Both the position numbers and the translations under genes were made by a program. Of a stretch of DNA of 64,000 nucleotides, positions 1 through 10,992 are shown piece by piece. How positions within the stretch are numbered: the first letter of the stretch is position 1; the number at the start of each line of letters is the position of its first letter. The notes under the pieces were generated by a model. The model worked only from the letters and a program-made list of their open reading frames with translations, did not search any database and had not been told where the DNA came from. Source of the DNA: a virus; IMG/VR virus record IMGVR_UViG_3300044623_001092, one strand, 5' to 3'.

Positions 1-248
1 TAATAATTTGTGGTTCCCATATACACATTATTAAACAATAAAGACATTTTACTAATCGGTCTAAATATAGTCGACGCTTGTCTTTCATCATCATATATCT
101 GTTGTAAATCAATACTAATATTTCTATCAAATTCAACATTTTCTTTATATGTTTGTACTAAAGGTACTTTAAACAATAAATTTAAGTCAGGAGCTGATTT
201 ATATCTCAAAGACCCTAATACAACTCTATATTCTATTCTTTCACTCAT
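1..248 (-). CDS. Hypothetical (probably structural) protein, N-terminal part only; runs off the window edge
   Basis: ATG at 248-246 overlaps the TAA stop of the 1631-aa gene (TAATG coupling). The frame is open to position 1: MSERIEYRVVLGSLRYKSAPDLNLLFKVPLVQ... Confidence 0.75.
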   Translation of the reverse strand, partial: MSERIEYRVVLGSLRYKSAPDLNLLFKVPLVQTYKENVEFDRNISIDLQQIYDDERQASTIFRPISKMSLLFNNVYMGTTNY

Positions 249-3200
249 TAATATGTAATATCATCAAAATCAAACCAAGATTCTGCAAATTTATCATAAG
301 CAGTTTTACCTTGTTTTAATCCAAAGTAAAAATGATATGGAGCACCTACCGTAATCGAATCAGGTGATGGTGAATTTCTATCCCAAGTGGTTATGTCAGC
401 CGAAAGTTGTCCTGAACTATCAACCGAATAAATATACCCTTTAAAATAATTAGTTTGATTCAGGTTAGTTGTTCTAAAATATCTTGAACTTTTTTCTAAT
501 CTATCCAACTCTTGATATTTGTGTTTAAAAAATACGTTACCAGTTGCAACACCGTCAGTGTCCCAATCATTATCTTGAGTACCAAAAACATTATCTTTGA
601 ACCCATTTCTCTGTTTAATAGTCCATTGATAATACGGTACTTCTTGTGAAAATGTCGGAATATCCTCTAACCCACAATTATCTGAAACATTACCAACACC
701 TGTATATATAATTCTCTTAGGAGTTAAATAATCTCTCGCCTGTGTATCAGAATTATAAAAAACACCAAAAACACTCCCTTTACCAAATTTAGTAAAAGAA
801 AAAATCGAGTTTCCACTATAATAACCAGGTTCAAAAGGAACTATACCCATTTCAGAATTAATTGACAACATTTGAGCTAAATCACCATCAATACCTTGTT
901 TAGGTCGACTAAAAAACGAGTTTATACCACCTATATTAGTACTATTAGCAATTCTCAACGTAATAAATAAACTAAGTATATCTTCAATACCATTATATGA
1001 TGTAGGGCCAAGTTTATCCATAACGTACCCTTTATATTTATTCGATAATGAAACCTCCTCTAAAAATTTTTGTTTTGGTCCTAAATCCATCATAGTTGTT
1101 GGAAACATTAAATTACGTTTGTTACCATTATTATTTCCCGAATCTTGACCAACAAATTCATTACTATATGAATATGGTGCGCTTCTATAATAATAATTCC
1201 CATTAGTACTATCAAAAACCATAGTATCAACACAATATTTAGAAAACGGTTGATTTTCATCATCAAAAAATGTTGTATTTTTGAATGGGAATGCGTATAA
1301 AGTACCATTAATCCAATTATTGGTAAACATGAATGAAAAGATTTCACGACAAACCCCATACATAATTGTTTGTCGTTTATACCATTCAGCTAAATAAAAG
1401 AAATCCTCAAACATACTTAAAATTGGTATTCTTACGAAAACATAACAACCCCCTTCCATAATCGGTTTTTTTCCAATTAATGAGGTAAAACAGGCACTAT
1501 CAGACTCTTTTATGGTCACTTGACCGTCAGGATTATCACCAACATAACAACCTAACGGAACCATCCCATCACATTGAAGACTAGCCAATACATCACTACC
1601 ACCTAAATCTTCTGTAACATCATCAAAATTAGAATCAAAACTAACTTGTGATAAATCAAATGTAGTTGTCTCACCACCTCCATTTGGGCTATAAATCATT
1701 AAGTTACCGTTTTCCATCAAAACACAATTATTTCCTGAATTATTTAATTCCGAGGTTGATGAAGGTAATCTATCCGACCTCATAATAATTTGACGACCAC
1801 TCGACCCCAAATTAAACACCATAGTTAAAGTTCCGTAAATTTTAGAATATAAACTACTAGTATCATAAGGATTTGTTGCTACTGGAGATGGTGGATAATT
1901 AAATACCACTTGTAATGATAAAACTGAACCACCTTCAACTTGTTCATTAGGGAAATAACCTCTATTATTACCAGTTGTTTGTGAATTAGTACTAGGAGAA
2001 TAATAATAACAACTAGACGGACCCAATTGAATATTCCATTCCTTAGCCATGTCATTATTCAAACTAACCGCAATACCTCCTGCAGATGGTATAGTTGTCG
2101 ATAGTGGAGGTGTTAATGATTGGTGTGTTTCATCTAAACTTGAGTAATATTTAGTCATTGTTGTTGTAAACGCACTAAATTGATTACCTGGTAAATATTG
2201 ATAAGAATCATAAAACAATGTCTGATTAGAATAGGTATCTACCGTAGAACTATTAGCGATTATTGCTGGTGAATTATGTTTAACATTACGTAATTTACCT
2301 TGTATTGGAATATTTAAGTTAAAATCTCCAACAACAATTGAGTTAGAATTACCAAACGATGAATGACCATATAACTTACTTAAATCATAACTACATTTTC
2401 TTTTACTAGTGTTTGGGTCAACCCCTCTAACCATAAAAACCAAACTTTGACCACTAAAAGATTTAAAACAACTAACAGGTGAAAAATTAAAGTTATCACT
2501 ACAATTTAAAAAATCACTATTAATATAAATCGAGTAAGCATAATTATTAATAAAACGAAAAGGTAATGAATTTGGTAAAGCCGTTGATGATAAAGTTAAG
2601 AAATCGTTAATTGTTTGAACCTTAATCACTTGGAAATATTCAATATCCATCGGATAGTTCGAATATGTAACATCTTCAGTAAATGCGGTAAACGTATATA
2701 ATGAATTAGGTGGTGAAATTGTACCACCATTATTAGGGTTAGCATAACTAACTTGTCTTGTAAATTGATTCACATTCGCAATTAATGTTGGTGTACCAAT
2801 TGTCGACCCTGTTATTGAGTTCGTTGAATATATATTAGTTGTCGCACCCGTTAAATTAATATCCATTGATTTTGTCGGGTCAGTAAATGTGTAAATTCCA
2901 CCAACTTCATATCTATCAATAAAATTTGGGTCAACAGGGACACAAATCACATTATCTAAATGCCAAGTAGTCCCCGAATTATTCAAATTAACATCAAAAG
3001 TAACTTTAATTTGGTTTACACCACCTCCAGGTGTTACTGTTGGATTAAAGTATTTTGCTTTAGTATTGAATAAGTTTAGTCTGTTTGATAATGTTAAACT
3101 TGAACTAAAAACGTATTTATCACCTACACCACTCAATTGATGTAATCCTTGAGATTTATTACCCTTACCCGCTAAAAGTTCCGAATAAATTACAGGTTGT

Positions 3201-5143
3201 GAACCACAGTTATATGCCGAGGTATCATAAAATCTACTAATTACACCCGAACTTCCTAAACTCTGTTGACTAGCATTTATTGAGTTTGTAGTAGCATTAG
3301 GTGGTGGTGTTAAATCAGTCGAAGCTTGCATACCTTTTTCACAGTTTTCACAATCAGGATAAGATAATAAACATACATGTATTCTAAATTCAGTACATAG
3401 ACTAACCATCGCTTTTGCGGCATCAAATATTCCTTGTGCAGAATCTTTTATGTCTTGACCTTTACTACCCGTACCAGGTATACTATCAATAATGGCTCCA
3501 ATAGCGTAAATAATTCCACCAATAACATATAAAACAACCGCAAGTATGGGAAATAAAATACACGCTATAAGTTTTAAAACGTGAAGTACCATTAATAAGG
3601 AGAAAATTGTGGGGAAAAATAATATCATGAATATCATGTACAATGTATACAGAAAATCAGGTTGGTGTTGACCATCATTAATCGGAAATTTAACATTATC
3701 AGATTCACATGTTGTATCAGTAATAAATTTAATACCAATAAATTTTTTCTTATTAACACCTTGTCTATATTGTGATATTAGACTTGAAACTGTATACACT
3801 TTGTTATACACCATTTCATAAAATTTATCTTTACAATCAATAGCATCAATTATCATTTGTTGACCAAAAGTAGTAGTATCATCCCCATAATCATCCCAAT
3901 TTACACTAAACGAATATGAACGCATCCTATCCGAGGCACCACCAGGAACAGGACCACTAGACGACCAACCATACTCTCTAATGTTTGGGACCAAATAATA
4001 CCCTCGTTTAACTGAGGCACTTAAAGATGGTGATTGATTCCACTTTACTTTGAACCTGTACTTACCTTTAGTTGGGACCCCAATACTAGGGTCGGTTGAT
4101 ATAACTTGTTGACCAAATTCATTTGTGGTTACATAATCCAAGTTCATTGGTACATTTACCATCCAAACACCATTCTCATCAATAACTTGACCACCATTAT
4201 CTAATTGGAAATTTTCTAATGAGGGTCTACCTTTACTATCTAAATTTATTGTTTGTCGAATAGCTTTAATTTGACCCGTTCCCGTAATTAACGAACATTG
4301 TTGACCCATTTTTCTTTTGGGTTTACATTTAGTACTAATTGATGATTCATCAATGTCTGAAATCATAGAACCCATATAAATCGCAACAGGATTTATTCGA
4401 ATATTAGCTTGTTCAGAAATATCAAAATCAGTCCTTGTTATACCAATACTACATAATTCAGGTTCACCCCATAATGGTTCAACTTCAACATTACGAGAGA
4501 ATGATAGTATCTGAGGTAATGAATTTAAGTTAGTTGAAGATTTAAAACTATTACCATCAACCATAGAAGATGTTGCCAAACCCATTGAAATTAAATCATT
4601 AGGTGTTAATGAAAATTCACCAATATCTGACAAATCCAAATCAACAAATAATGTTTGAGGTCCTGTAGGTACACCAAATATCATAAAATCACCACTATCA
4701 TTAGTCACAGTAGTATATCTATAATATTTGTCATAAACTTCTATTAATGTTGGGTCAGTTATAACATCTTCTCTATCAAAAAAAGTCCCTGTCGGAGTGT
4801 GTCCATTATATGATGGTGCATAAGGTAATAAATTATATCTATACCCATCTTCATTTTGGTCCGTTATTACTCTATAAGGGTATATCTCGGAAATAATCGG
4901 ATTATCCGCATCTTGTTCGGATAACGGTATAAATACAGAAACTCTGGCATTAGGTAACCCTAAACCATTATTCACACTAACCCTACCAATAACTACCCCA
5001 TAATCCGAGCATTGTCTTGTATAGATTTGGTCTTGTAATATTTTTAATGATAATATCTCAAGATATTCAAATTCTTGGTCAATTGTTACTTTTAATGATT
5101 TATCTACTCCAGGTGTTGTTCTTATTCTGTAAGAATTTGACAT
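248..5143 (-). CDS. Large baseplate/tail-associated structural protein (1631 aa) with an N-terminal carboxypeptidase-regulatory-like beta domain and an internal hydrophobic segment
   Basis: Follows the gp6-like gene. GRVSVNNG..PNARVSVF...TNDSGDFMIFGVPTG fits a CarboxypepD_reg-like fold. There is a ~60-aa hydrophobic stretch near aa 497-555. Confidence 0.55.
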   Translation of the reverse strand: MSNSYRIRTTPGVDKSLKVTIDQEFEYLEILSLKILQDQIYTRQCSDYGVVIGRVSVNNGLGLPNARVSVFIPLSEQDADNPIISEIYPYRVITDQNEDGYRYNLLPYAPSYNGHTPTGTFFDREDVITDPTLIEVYDKYYRYTTVTNDSGDFMIFGVPTGPQTLFVDLDLSDIGEFSLTPNDLISMGLATSSMVDGNSFKSSTNLNSLPQILSFSRNVEVEPLWGEPELCSIGITRTDFDISEQANIRINPVAIYMGSMISDIDESSISTKCKPKRKMGQQCSLITGTGQIKAIRQTINLDSKGRPSLENFQLDNGGQVIDENGVWMVNVPMNLDYVTTNEFGQQVISTDPSIGVPTKGKYRFKVKWNQSPSLSASVKRGYYLVPNIREYGWSSSGPVPGGASDRMRSYSFSVNWDDYGDDTTTFGQQMIIDAIDCKDKFYEMVYNKVYTVSSLISQYRQGVNKKKFIGIKFITDTTCESDNVKFPINDGQHQPDFLYTLYMIFMILFFPTIFSLLMVLHVLKLIACILFPILAVVLYVIGGIIYAIGAIIDSIPGTGSKGQDIKDSAQGIFDAAKAMVSLCTEFRIHVCLLSYPDCENCEKGMQASTDLTPPPNATTNSINASQQSLGSSGVISRFYDTSAYNCGSQPVIYSELLAGKGNKSQGLHQLSGVGDKYVFSSSLTLSNRLNLFNTKAKYFNPTVTPGGGVNQIKVTFDVNLNNSGTTWHLDNVICVPVDPNFIDRYEVGGIYTFTDPTKSMDINLTGATTNIYSTNSITGSTIGTPTLIANVNQFTRQVSYANPNNGGTISPPNSLYTFTAFTEDVTYSNYPMDIEYFQVIKVQTINDFLTLSSTALPNSLPFRFINNYAYSIYINSDFLNCSDNFNFSPVSCFKSFSGQSLVFMVRGVDPNTSKRKCSYDLSKLYGHSSFGNSNSIVVGDFNLNIPIQGKLRNVKHNSPAIIANSSTVDTYSNQTLFYDSYQYLPGNQFSAFTTTMTKYYSSLDETHQSLTPPLSTTIPSAGGIAVSLNNDMAKEWNIQLGPSSCYYYSPSTNSQTTGNNRGYFPNEQVEGGSVLSLQVVFNYPPSPVATNPYDTSSLYSKIYGTLTMVFNLGSSGRQIIMRSDRLPSSTSELNNSGNNCVLMENGNLMIYSPNGGGETTTFDLSQVSFDSNFDDVTEDLGGSDVLASLQCDGMVPLGCYVGDNPDGQVTIKESDSACFTSLIGKKPIMEGGCYVFVRIPILSMFEDFFYLAEWYKRQTIMYGVCREIFSFMFTNNWINGTLYAFPFKNTTFFDDENQPFSKYCVDTMVFDSTNGNYYYRSAPYSYSNEFVGQDSGNNNGNKRNLMFPTTMMDLGPKQKFLEEVSLSNKYKGYVMDKLGPTSYNGIEDILSLFITLRIANSTNIGGINSFFSRPKQGIDGDLAQMLSINSEMGIVPFEPGYYSGNSIFSFTKFGKGSVFGVFYNSDTQARDYLTPKRIIYTGVGNVSDNCGLEDIPTFSQEVPYYQWTIKQRNGFKDNVFGTQDNDWDTDGVATGNVFFKHKYQELDRLEKSSRYFRTTNLNQTNYFKGYIYSVDSSGQLSADITTWDRNSPSPDSITVGAPYHFYFGLKQGKTAYDKFAESWFDFDDITY

Positions 5144-5213
5144 AATAATCTTTTAACATAAATAGTTTATATACTATTTTTAAAAATAGATGATTATGAA
5201 TAAAAATAAATTA

Positions 5214-7052
5214 TCAACTGAAATTAACTGTTGATAGATTTTTAACCCTTACATTAATATCTTTGTTAGAATATCTAATTTGGTAAGTTTGATTTGGTTC
5301 CGCGAATATAGTATCGTCAACCAACTCAATCTCTTTTGTTTCATTATCAACATATCTTTGTGATGTTTGAGACGATGAATATTGACCACCAACTTTATTA
5401 AATACTTTAATATCCGATAATGATATTACTCCATTCTGACTTTGTATTTGTCGTCTAATTTCCGATAAATTAACATTCTGACCCATTTGTCGATTAGACG
5501 GTTCAAAGTATGTTGAAACTAAAGTAATGATTTGTGAAATAACCGCCCCTTGTGTTTGACTACTATCCAATACAACATCAATATTTAATCCCAAATCAAT
5601 CACATTTGCGGATTCTATTGAGATATAATCGTTTATCATCCTATAGTTTGATAGATAGTTAGCAATATTACTTTTTAACGTATTAGAAACAACCTCACTC
5701 AATGTTCCCGATTCATCGTAAGCCAATATTTGTATTTTGATTTTGTTATTTTCTTCAGTGATAGCAACTTTAGCAGGTGCCCCAAATTGAGATGGCATTG
5801 TTCTAATAATTGAATCGTAGTCGTTTACTGTTACCGCCCTTTTTTGTGCCGCAAAGTTAAATGAAACCAAATTTCGAACTTCTTCCATAGTAGGGAAATT
5901 AGCCCCACCAATTGCCGCAGTTACGTTAGTACAACCAAGTGAATTAACCACAGTTGTATTAATTGATTGTGATGGACCATTAACAAAGAATGATACGGTT
6001 CCAATTTGAGAAATAACGTTAACACCAACATTAGTTCCTGTACCACCACCAACTCTATACTGTACAAACAACGTAGAATTACCTTTTAATGTACTACCTA
6101 ACGCCAAGTTATTAGAATACTTGTATAAATCCAATTTAAACCCATTTCTAGCAAATTCTCTTAACTGTTCGTCAGCAGATTGACTACCACCACCAAATGT
6201 CATTTTTAAGAAACCTTCAGGTGTGAATTCTGAAATAAACTTATCACTTGTTGCAATATATTTACCAACTTTAATACCTGGTTTATCGGATACTTTTGTT
6301 GGGTCCTCAATGAAAACTCTATCCTCAGCTAACGCACTTACCTCATACCATCTATTTTCTAATCCCAAAAACTCTTGTGCCGACGGTACATTAGTATATT
6401 GTGTACCATCCTTCAATAAAAGACTAGTAATACCTAACACATTTTTATCAGGTAAAAACATTTCATAAAAAGGTTTAACATCATTGGCAGTTATAACTTT
6501 TTTGAATACCTTTGTAAGACCATTAACAACTGTTTCTCTTTTAACAATAGTGTAATTAAGTAATTTGTTATTAGAATCAAAATTAGGGATTTTTTTTCTG
6601 TTAGGGTACCCATCAGCATTAGTTGGGGATGTAAAATCAATATCATAAACCGTTTCAAAACTTTGTCCCGCACCATTCACCTGAGAACCACGTCTCAATA
6701 TACCACAATATCTTAAATCCTCCTTATCACCAAACGCAGGAACTGTAATTGAAAAATCAACTAAAGCAACCGAAGGTCTTTGACCTGGTATCTTCAATCC
6801 ATAAGTTCTAGCAATATTAAATATTGAAGAAGGTTGTTGAGCGTATTGTAACACTGTTTCCTGAATACTTCTATCAATATTAAATTGTAAGTTATCGGTA
6901 ACCGCAGCATTTAAATCTAATAATACGGAGAATACCGACGCATCATTAAAGTTATCAACTAAATCAGGATAATACGTTTTAGTGAAGTTTATTAATTCAG
7001 TTCTTATTGATTGAAAATCTCTAGTCGTATAAGATATTTTTTTATTAGCCAT
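5214..7052 (-). CDS. Baseplate wedge protein, T4 gp6 / baseplate J-like
   Basis: N-terminal YTTRDFQSIRTELINF, then YRVGGG and AQKRAVTVNDY motifs typical of the gp6 family; adjacent to a gp25-like gene. Confidence 0.9.
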   Translation of the reverse strand: MANKKISYTTRDFQSIRTELINFTKTYYPDLVDNFNDASVFSVLLDLNAAVTDNLQFNIDRSIQETVLQYAQQPSSIFNIARTYGLKIPGQRPSVALVDFSITVPAFGDKEDLRYCGILRRGSQVNGAGQSFETVYDIDFTSPTNADGYPNRKKIPNFDSNNKLLNYTIVKRETVVNGLTKVFKKVITANDVKPFYEMFLPDKNVLGITSLLLKDGTQYTNVPSAQEFLGLENRWYEVSALAEDRVFIEDPTKVSDKPGIKVGKYIATSDKFISEFTPEGFLKMTFGGGSQSADEQLREFARNGFKLDLYKYSNNLALGSTLKGNSTLFVQYRVGGGTGTNVGVNVISQIGTVSFFVNGPSQSINTTVVNSLGCTNVTAAIGGANFPTMEEVRNLVSFNFAAQKRAVTVNDYDSIIRTMPSQFGAPAKVAITEENNKIKIQILAYDESGTLSEVVSNTLKSNIANYLSNYRMINDYISIESANVIDLGLNIDVVLDSSQTQGAVISQIITLVSTYFEPSNRQMGQNVNLSEIRRQIQSQNGVISLSDIKVFNKVGGQYSSSQTSQRYVDNETKEIELVDDTIFAEPNQTYQIRYSNKDINVRVKNLSTVNFS

Positions 7053-7058
7053 AATTTT

Positions 7059-7514
7059 TTATATATTAATAATTACAAAGTCACTTGGGTTAAATGCGTC
7101 ATTAGTTACGACATAATCAATCCTAACTTTAGCGGTATGTTCTTTTTCGGAAATTCCTGGTACTCTAAATACTCTTTCATCCCCATCTACATAAGTACCT
7201 TTATCTTCCTCACCATCAGATGCTGCTTTGACACTAATACTTGTTATTTTAAGATTTGGTAAATATTCATCAACAGAATCTCTAATTTCGGATTCTATTT
7301 CTGAAAATGTTGGACCATCAAGTGGTTCAAAAATATATTCATATAATCTTGTACCAAAATCAGGTAAATAATACCTTGTCCCCTTTCTTGTTAATAAAAG
7401 GTGAATCAAACTACTTCTAATCTCTTCTTCATTCGTTTGAGATAAATCTAAATATTTACCGTCAAAAGAATCTCTAAAAGGGAAGTTAATACCGTATGTA
7501 TTTCCATTTGCCAT
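7059..7514 (-). CDS. Baseplate wedge subunit, gp25/GPW-like
   Basis: IRSSLIHLLLTRKGTRYYLPDFGTRLYEYIFEP is the GPW_gp25 signature. Confidence 0.92.
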   Translation of the reverse strand: MANGNTYGINFPFRDSFDGKYLDLSQTNEEEIRSSLIHLLLTRKGTRYYLPDFGTRLYEYIFEPLDGPTFSEIESEIRDSVDEYLPNLKITSISVKAASDGEEDKGTYVDGDERVFRVPGISEKEHTAKVRIDYVVTNDAFNPSDFVIINI

Positions 7515-7563
7515 ATTATATAAATATAATGTTATAATATTTCCAATAAATAGATATAAAATA

Positions 7564-7592
7564 AAAAACTCTCGACAGTGTCGAGAGTTTTT
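7564..7592. terminator. Intrinsic terminator hairpin downstream of nrdA
   Basis: Inverted repeat aaaaactctcgaca-g-tgtcgagagttttt with A/T tails on both sides. Confidence 0.8.
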
Positions 7593-7607
7593 AAAACTTA
7601 AATTATC

Positions 7608-10025
7608 CTATGATGAACAACCAAAACATTCAAATTCCGAATCACTTGGTTTTTCAGGTATCACGTCGACTTTAGGTTTTTCATTAGTAACAGGTCTTTC
7701 TTTTCTTGAGATATCCACTGCTAAGTGTTTCGCTCCTGTTGAAATCGCTTTAGTTCTAATGTAATAACTTAAAGTTTTCAATCCTTTATCCCATCCGTGA
7801 AAGTGTGATGAGGTTATTTTTGATAATGTTGGATTATTCATATAGATATTCATTGATTGTGATTGGTCGATGAAAGGGGCTCTCTCAGCCGCCATATCAA
7901 TCAATTCTCTTTGTGAAATCTCCCAAATTGTTTTGTATTTGTTAATTAAATGTTCAATACGTGTAACTTTTTTATTGTAATTTTTATCCTCAACATCAAG
8001 GTAATGATTGAAGTTAATATTTTGAATTGACCCCTCATTTAAGATGATATCATTTTTCAAATCTTCACACCAAACACCAATTTTTTCAAAATCTTGAATT
8101 AAATACTTGTTAACAATTAAAATCTCACCTCCAACTACACGTCTGTTAAATAACGCTGAGTGAGCTGGTTCAGTCATTTCAAATGACCCCGTTATCTTAG
8201 CTGAAGATGCCACAGGCATCTGAGCCGTGAATAATGAGTTACAAATACCGTGTTTCATCACACTATCTTTTAATGAATACCAATCCCACATTCCTGATAA
8301 ATCATCTTCAGATAACCCCCACATATCAAATTGGAACACACCTTTCGACATTGGAGAACCTTCAAAGTAACCATATGGTTGATATTTCCCTTCAACACAT
8401 AATTGATTACTCTCAGTAATTGATGCGAAATAAATTGTTTCGAAAATTTCTTTATTTAATTTTCTTGCCTCATCAGATGTGAAAACATAATCCATTAAAT
8501 AAAACACGTCAGCTAATCCTTGAACACCAATAGCAATTGCTCTTTGTTCTAAACCACCTTTAAGTCCTTTCTGAGTTGAATAACTATTGATGTTAATAAC
8601 CTTGTTTAATGTTCTTGTAACTTTTCTAACCTCATCAAATAATAATTTGAAGTCGAATTTACCGTCAATAATAAAGTTTTTCAACACCATAGATGATAAT
8701 GTACATATGGCCGTCGTTTCTTCATCAGTGTATTGGAATATCTCAGCACATAAGTTAGATTGGTGAATAACTCCAATGTTTTGGTGGTTAGTTTTCTTAT
8801 TAGCGTTATCTTTAGAACATAAATAAGGAACACCTGTTTCAATTTGAGACTCCAAAATTTTTGTCCAAACCTCAGTAGCACTTACTTTTTTACCTAATCC
8901 TAATTCAACTGCTTTTGCATAAGTTTGTTCATACTCATCACCATAAGACTCTTGTAATGGTTTTAGACCCGCTTTCTTAATATCATTAGGACAGAACAAA
9001 TACCAATCACCACCGTTTCTAACCGCGTGCATGAAGTTATCAGGAATCCACAATGCCGTGAACAAATCTCTCGCTCTTAACTCATCTTTACCTGTATTCT
9101 TTTTGATATCCAATAAATCGAAAATATCTTTATGCCAAGGTTCGATATAGATTGCCGCACTACCAGGTCTTCTTCCTTGTTGATTAAAGAATCTTAACCC
9201 TTCATTAACAATTTTTAAGTATTTTAATAAACCACCCGCGAATCCACCTGAACTTGTTATACGACTTTCTTTACTACGTAAGTTAGACATACATAAACCA
9301 ATACCTGCAGCATCAGAAGAATAAGTTGAGATATCACTGAATGTGTTTAATAACCCTTGTCTTGAATCCGAATCATTATAATGTAACACACAAGACGCTA
9401 ACTGAGGGATTAATGTTCCTGAGTTAATCATAATTGGGGTTGCTTTAGAGATTCTTTGTTCTGATAAAGATTTGTAGTAGTCCATAGCCTCCTCATATGA
9501 TTCAGTAACCCACAAAGCGATTCTCATATACATATGTTGGGGTCTTTCGATAACTTTACCGTTAGGTAATTTCAACAAGTACATTTCTTGTAATGCTTTC
9601 CAAGCGAAAAAGTCAAAGTTATAATCATTTTCGTGATTAATAACAGAATCAATATTACTTGGTCCATATTCCTCAATTATACTAACCAATTTATCGTGAA
9701 CGACACCTTCAGTATGTAAAACTTTAATAGTCTCAGAAAAACTATCCAAGGTATCTTTATGATACGCTGAGATAGCAACTGATGACGCCAATCTTGAGTA
9801 GTCGTGATGACTACCAGTGTACGATGACGCAATTTCATATACTAATTTATCCAATTCTTTAGTAGTAATATAACCTTCAGTTGGTACTGAAGTTATTACT
9901 TTAATGAAAATCTCATCAAAGTTAACATTAAGCCCTTTGGACGCTTTTTTAACTCTGTTGTAAATTTTTTGAGGATTAAATGATTGTTTCTCCCCGTTTC
10001 TTTTTTTAATTTTTAATGACATCAT
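7608..10025 (-). CDS. nrdA: Ribonucleoside-diphosphate reductase class Ia, alpha subunit with N-terminal ATP cone
   Basis: ATP cone IKKRNGEK, PQLASC, SNLCAEI active site, MPVASS, GLKTLSYY, C-terminal CFGCSS. Confidence 0.97.
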   Translation of the reverse strand: MMSLKIKKRNGEKQSFNPQKIYNRVKKASKGLNVNFDEIFIKVITSVPTEGYITTKELDKLVYEIASSYTGSHHDYSRLASSVAISAYHKDTLDSFSETIKVLHTEGVVHDKLVSIIEEYGPSNIDSVINHENDYNFDFFAWKALQEMYLLKLPNGKVIERPQHMYMRIALWVTESYEEAMDYYKSLSEQRISKATPIMINSGTLIPQLASCVLHYNDSDSRQGLLNTFSDISTYSSDAAGIGLCMSNLRSKESRITSSGGFAGGLLKYLKIVNEGLRFFNQQGRRPGSAAIYIEPWHKDIFDLLDIKKNTGKDELRARDLFTALWIPDNFMHAVRNGGDWYLFCPNDIKKAGLKPLQESYGDEYEQTYAKAVELGLGKKVSATEVWTKILESQIETGVPYLCSKDNANKKTNHQNIGVIHQSNLCAEIFQYTDEETTAICTLSSMVLKNFIIDGKFDFKLLFDEVRKVTRTLNKVININSYSTQKGLKGGLEQRAIAIGVQGLADVFYLMDYVFTSDEARKLNKEIFETIYFASITESNQLCVEGKYQPYGYFEGSPMSKGVFQFDMWGLSEDDLSGMWDWYSLKDSVMKHGICNSLFTAQMPVASSAKITGSFEMTEPAHSALFNRRVVGGEILIVNKYLIQDFEKIGVWCEDLKNDIILNEGSIQNINFNHYLDVEDKNYNKKVTRIEHLINKYKTIWEISQRELIDMAAERAPFIDQSQSMNIYMNNPTLSKITSSHFHGWDKGLKTLSYYIRTKAISTGAKHLAVDISRKERPVTNEKPKVDVIPEKPSDSEFECFGCSS

Positions 10026-10043
10026 ATCAATTATAATATTTTA

Positions 10044-10991
10044 TTAAAACTCGTCAGTGAACGTAATTGTTTCATTCAATTTAGCCTTTTGGTATTCAAG
10101 GGTTCTATTTTCAAAGAAGTTACCTTTAGTTTCAACCGCAATCTGTTCCATGAACTTGAAAGGTTGGTCGACATTAAATTCTTTACTACAACCTAACTTG
10201 TACAATAGACCATCAACCACAAATTCTAAATATTGTTTCATTAAATTAGAATTCATTCCAATTAAAGAAACAGGTAGTGATTCGGTTATAAATTCTTTTT
10301 CAATTTCCAATGCTGAAAGTAAGATTTCTTTAATACGTTTTTCACTTGGTTTGTCCTCAATATGGTTGTTCAATAAGTGAATAGCGAAGTCACAGTGAAG
10401 ATTTTCGTCTTTGAAAATCAATGCGTTAGCGTCACATAAACCTTGCATAATCCCTCTTGATTTCAACCAAAATATTGAACAGAATGAACCAGAAAAAAAT
10501 ATCCCTTCCACCGCTGCAAATGCTATCAATCGTTCTTGAAAAGATGCGTTCTCAATCCAATCTAAAGCCCATTTTGCTTTCTTTTGAACTGCTTCTAATC
10601 TGTCAATTGCGTGAAAACAATCATCTTTTTCCTTAGAGTCTGTGATATAAGTATCAATCAATAAAGAATAAGTTAATGAGTGTTCGTTCTCCATCGCAAT
10701 TTGAAAACCATAGAAGAATTTAGCCTCAGGATATTGAACCTCTCTTGAGAAGTTCTCAGCAATGTTTTCATTAACAATACCATCAGATGCCGCAAAAAAC
10801 GCTAAGATATTTTTGATAAAATATTTTTCATTATCTGATAAATTTTCCCAATCTCTAATGTCATCACTCAAATCAAATTCTTCAGCCGTCCAAAACGCCG
10901 CTTTGTGGTCTTTGTAAAATTGCCAAATATCATGGTATTGTATTGGGAATACCACAAATCTGTCAGGGTTTGGTTTTAAAATATTTTCCAT
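10044..10991 (-). CDS. nrdB: Ribonucleotide reductase class Ia, beta subunit (start revised to [12 protein letters not shown])
   Basis: [20 protein letters not shown] (radical Tyr), [10 protein letters not shown] and DENLH diiron ligands. The ATG at 10991 lies just after the helicase stop. Confidence 0.96.
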   Translation of the reverse strand: MENILKPNPDRFVVFPIQYHDIWQFYKDHKAAFWTAEEFDLSDDIRDWENLSDNEKYFIKNILAFFAASDGIVNENIAENFSREVQYPEAKFFYGFQIAMENEHSLTYSLLIDTYITDSKEKDDCFHAIDRLEAVQKKAKWALDWIENASFQERLIAFAAVEGIFFSGSFCSIFWLKSRGIMQGLCDANALIFKDENLHCDFAIHLLNNHIEDKPSEKRIKEILLSALEIEKEFITESLPVSLIGMNSNLMKQYLEFVVDGLLYKLGCSKEFNVDQPFKFMEQIAVETKGNFFENRTLEYQKAKLNETITFTDEF

Positions 10992-10992
10992 A

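Noticed and set aside
10-258. 82-aa plus-strand ORF
   Set aside because: It is antisense to a translationally coupled minus-strand gene starting at 248.
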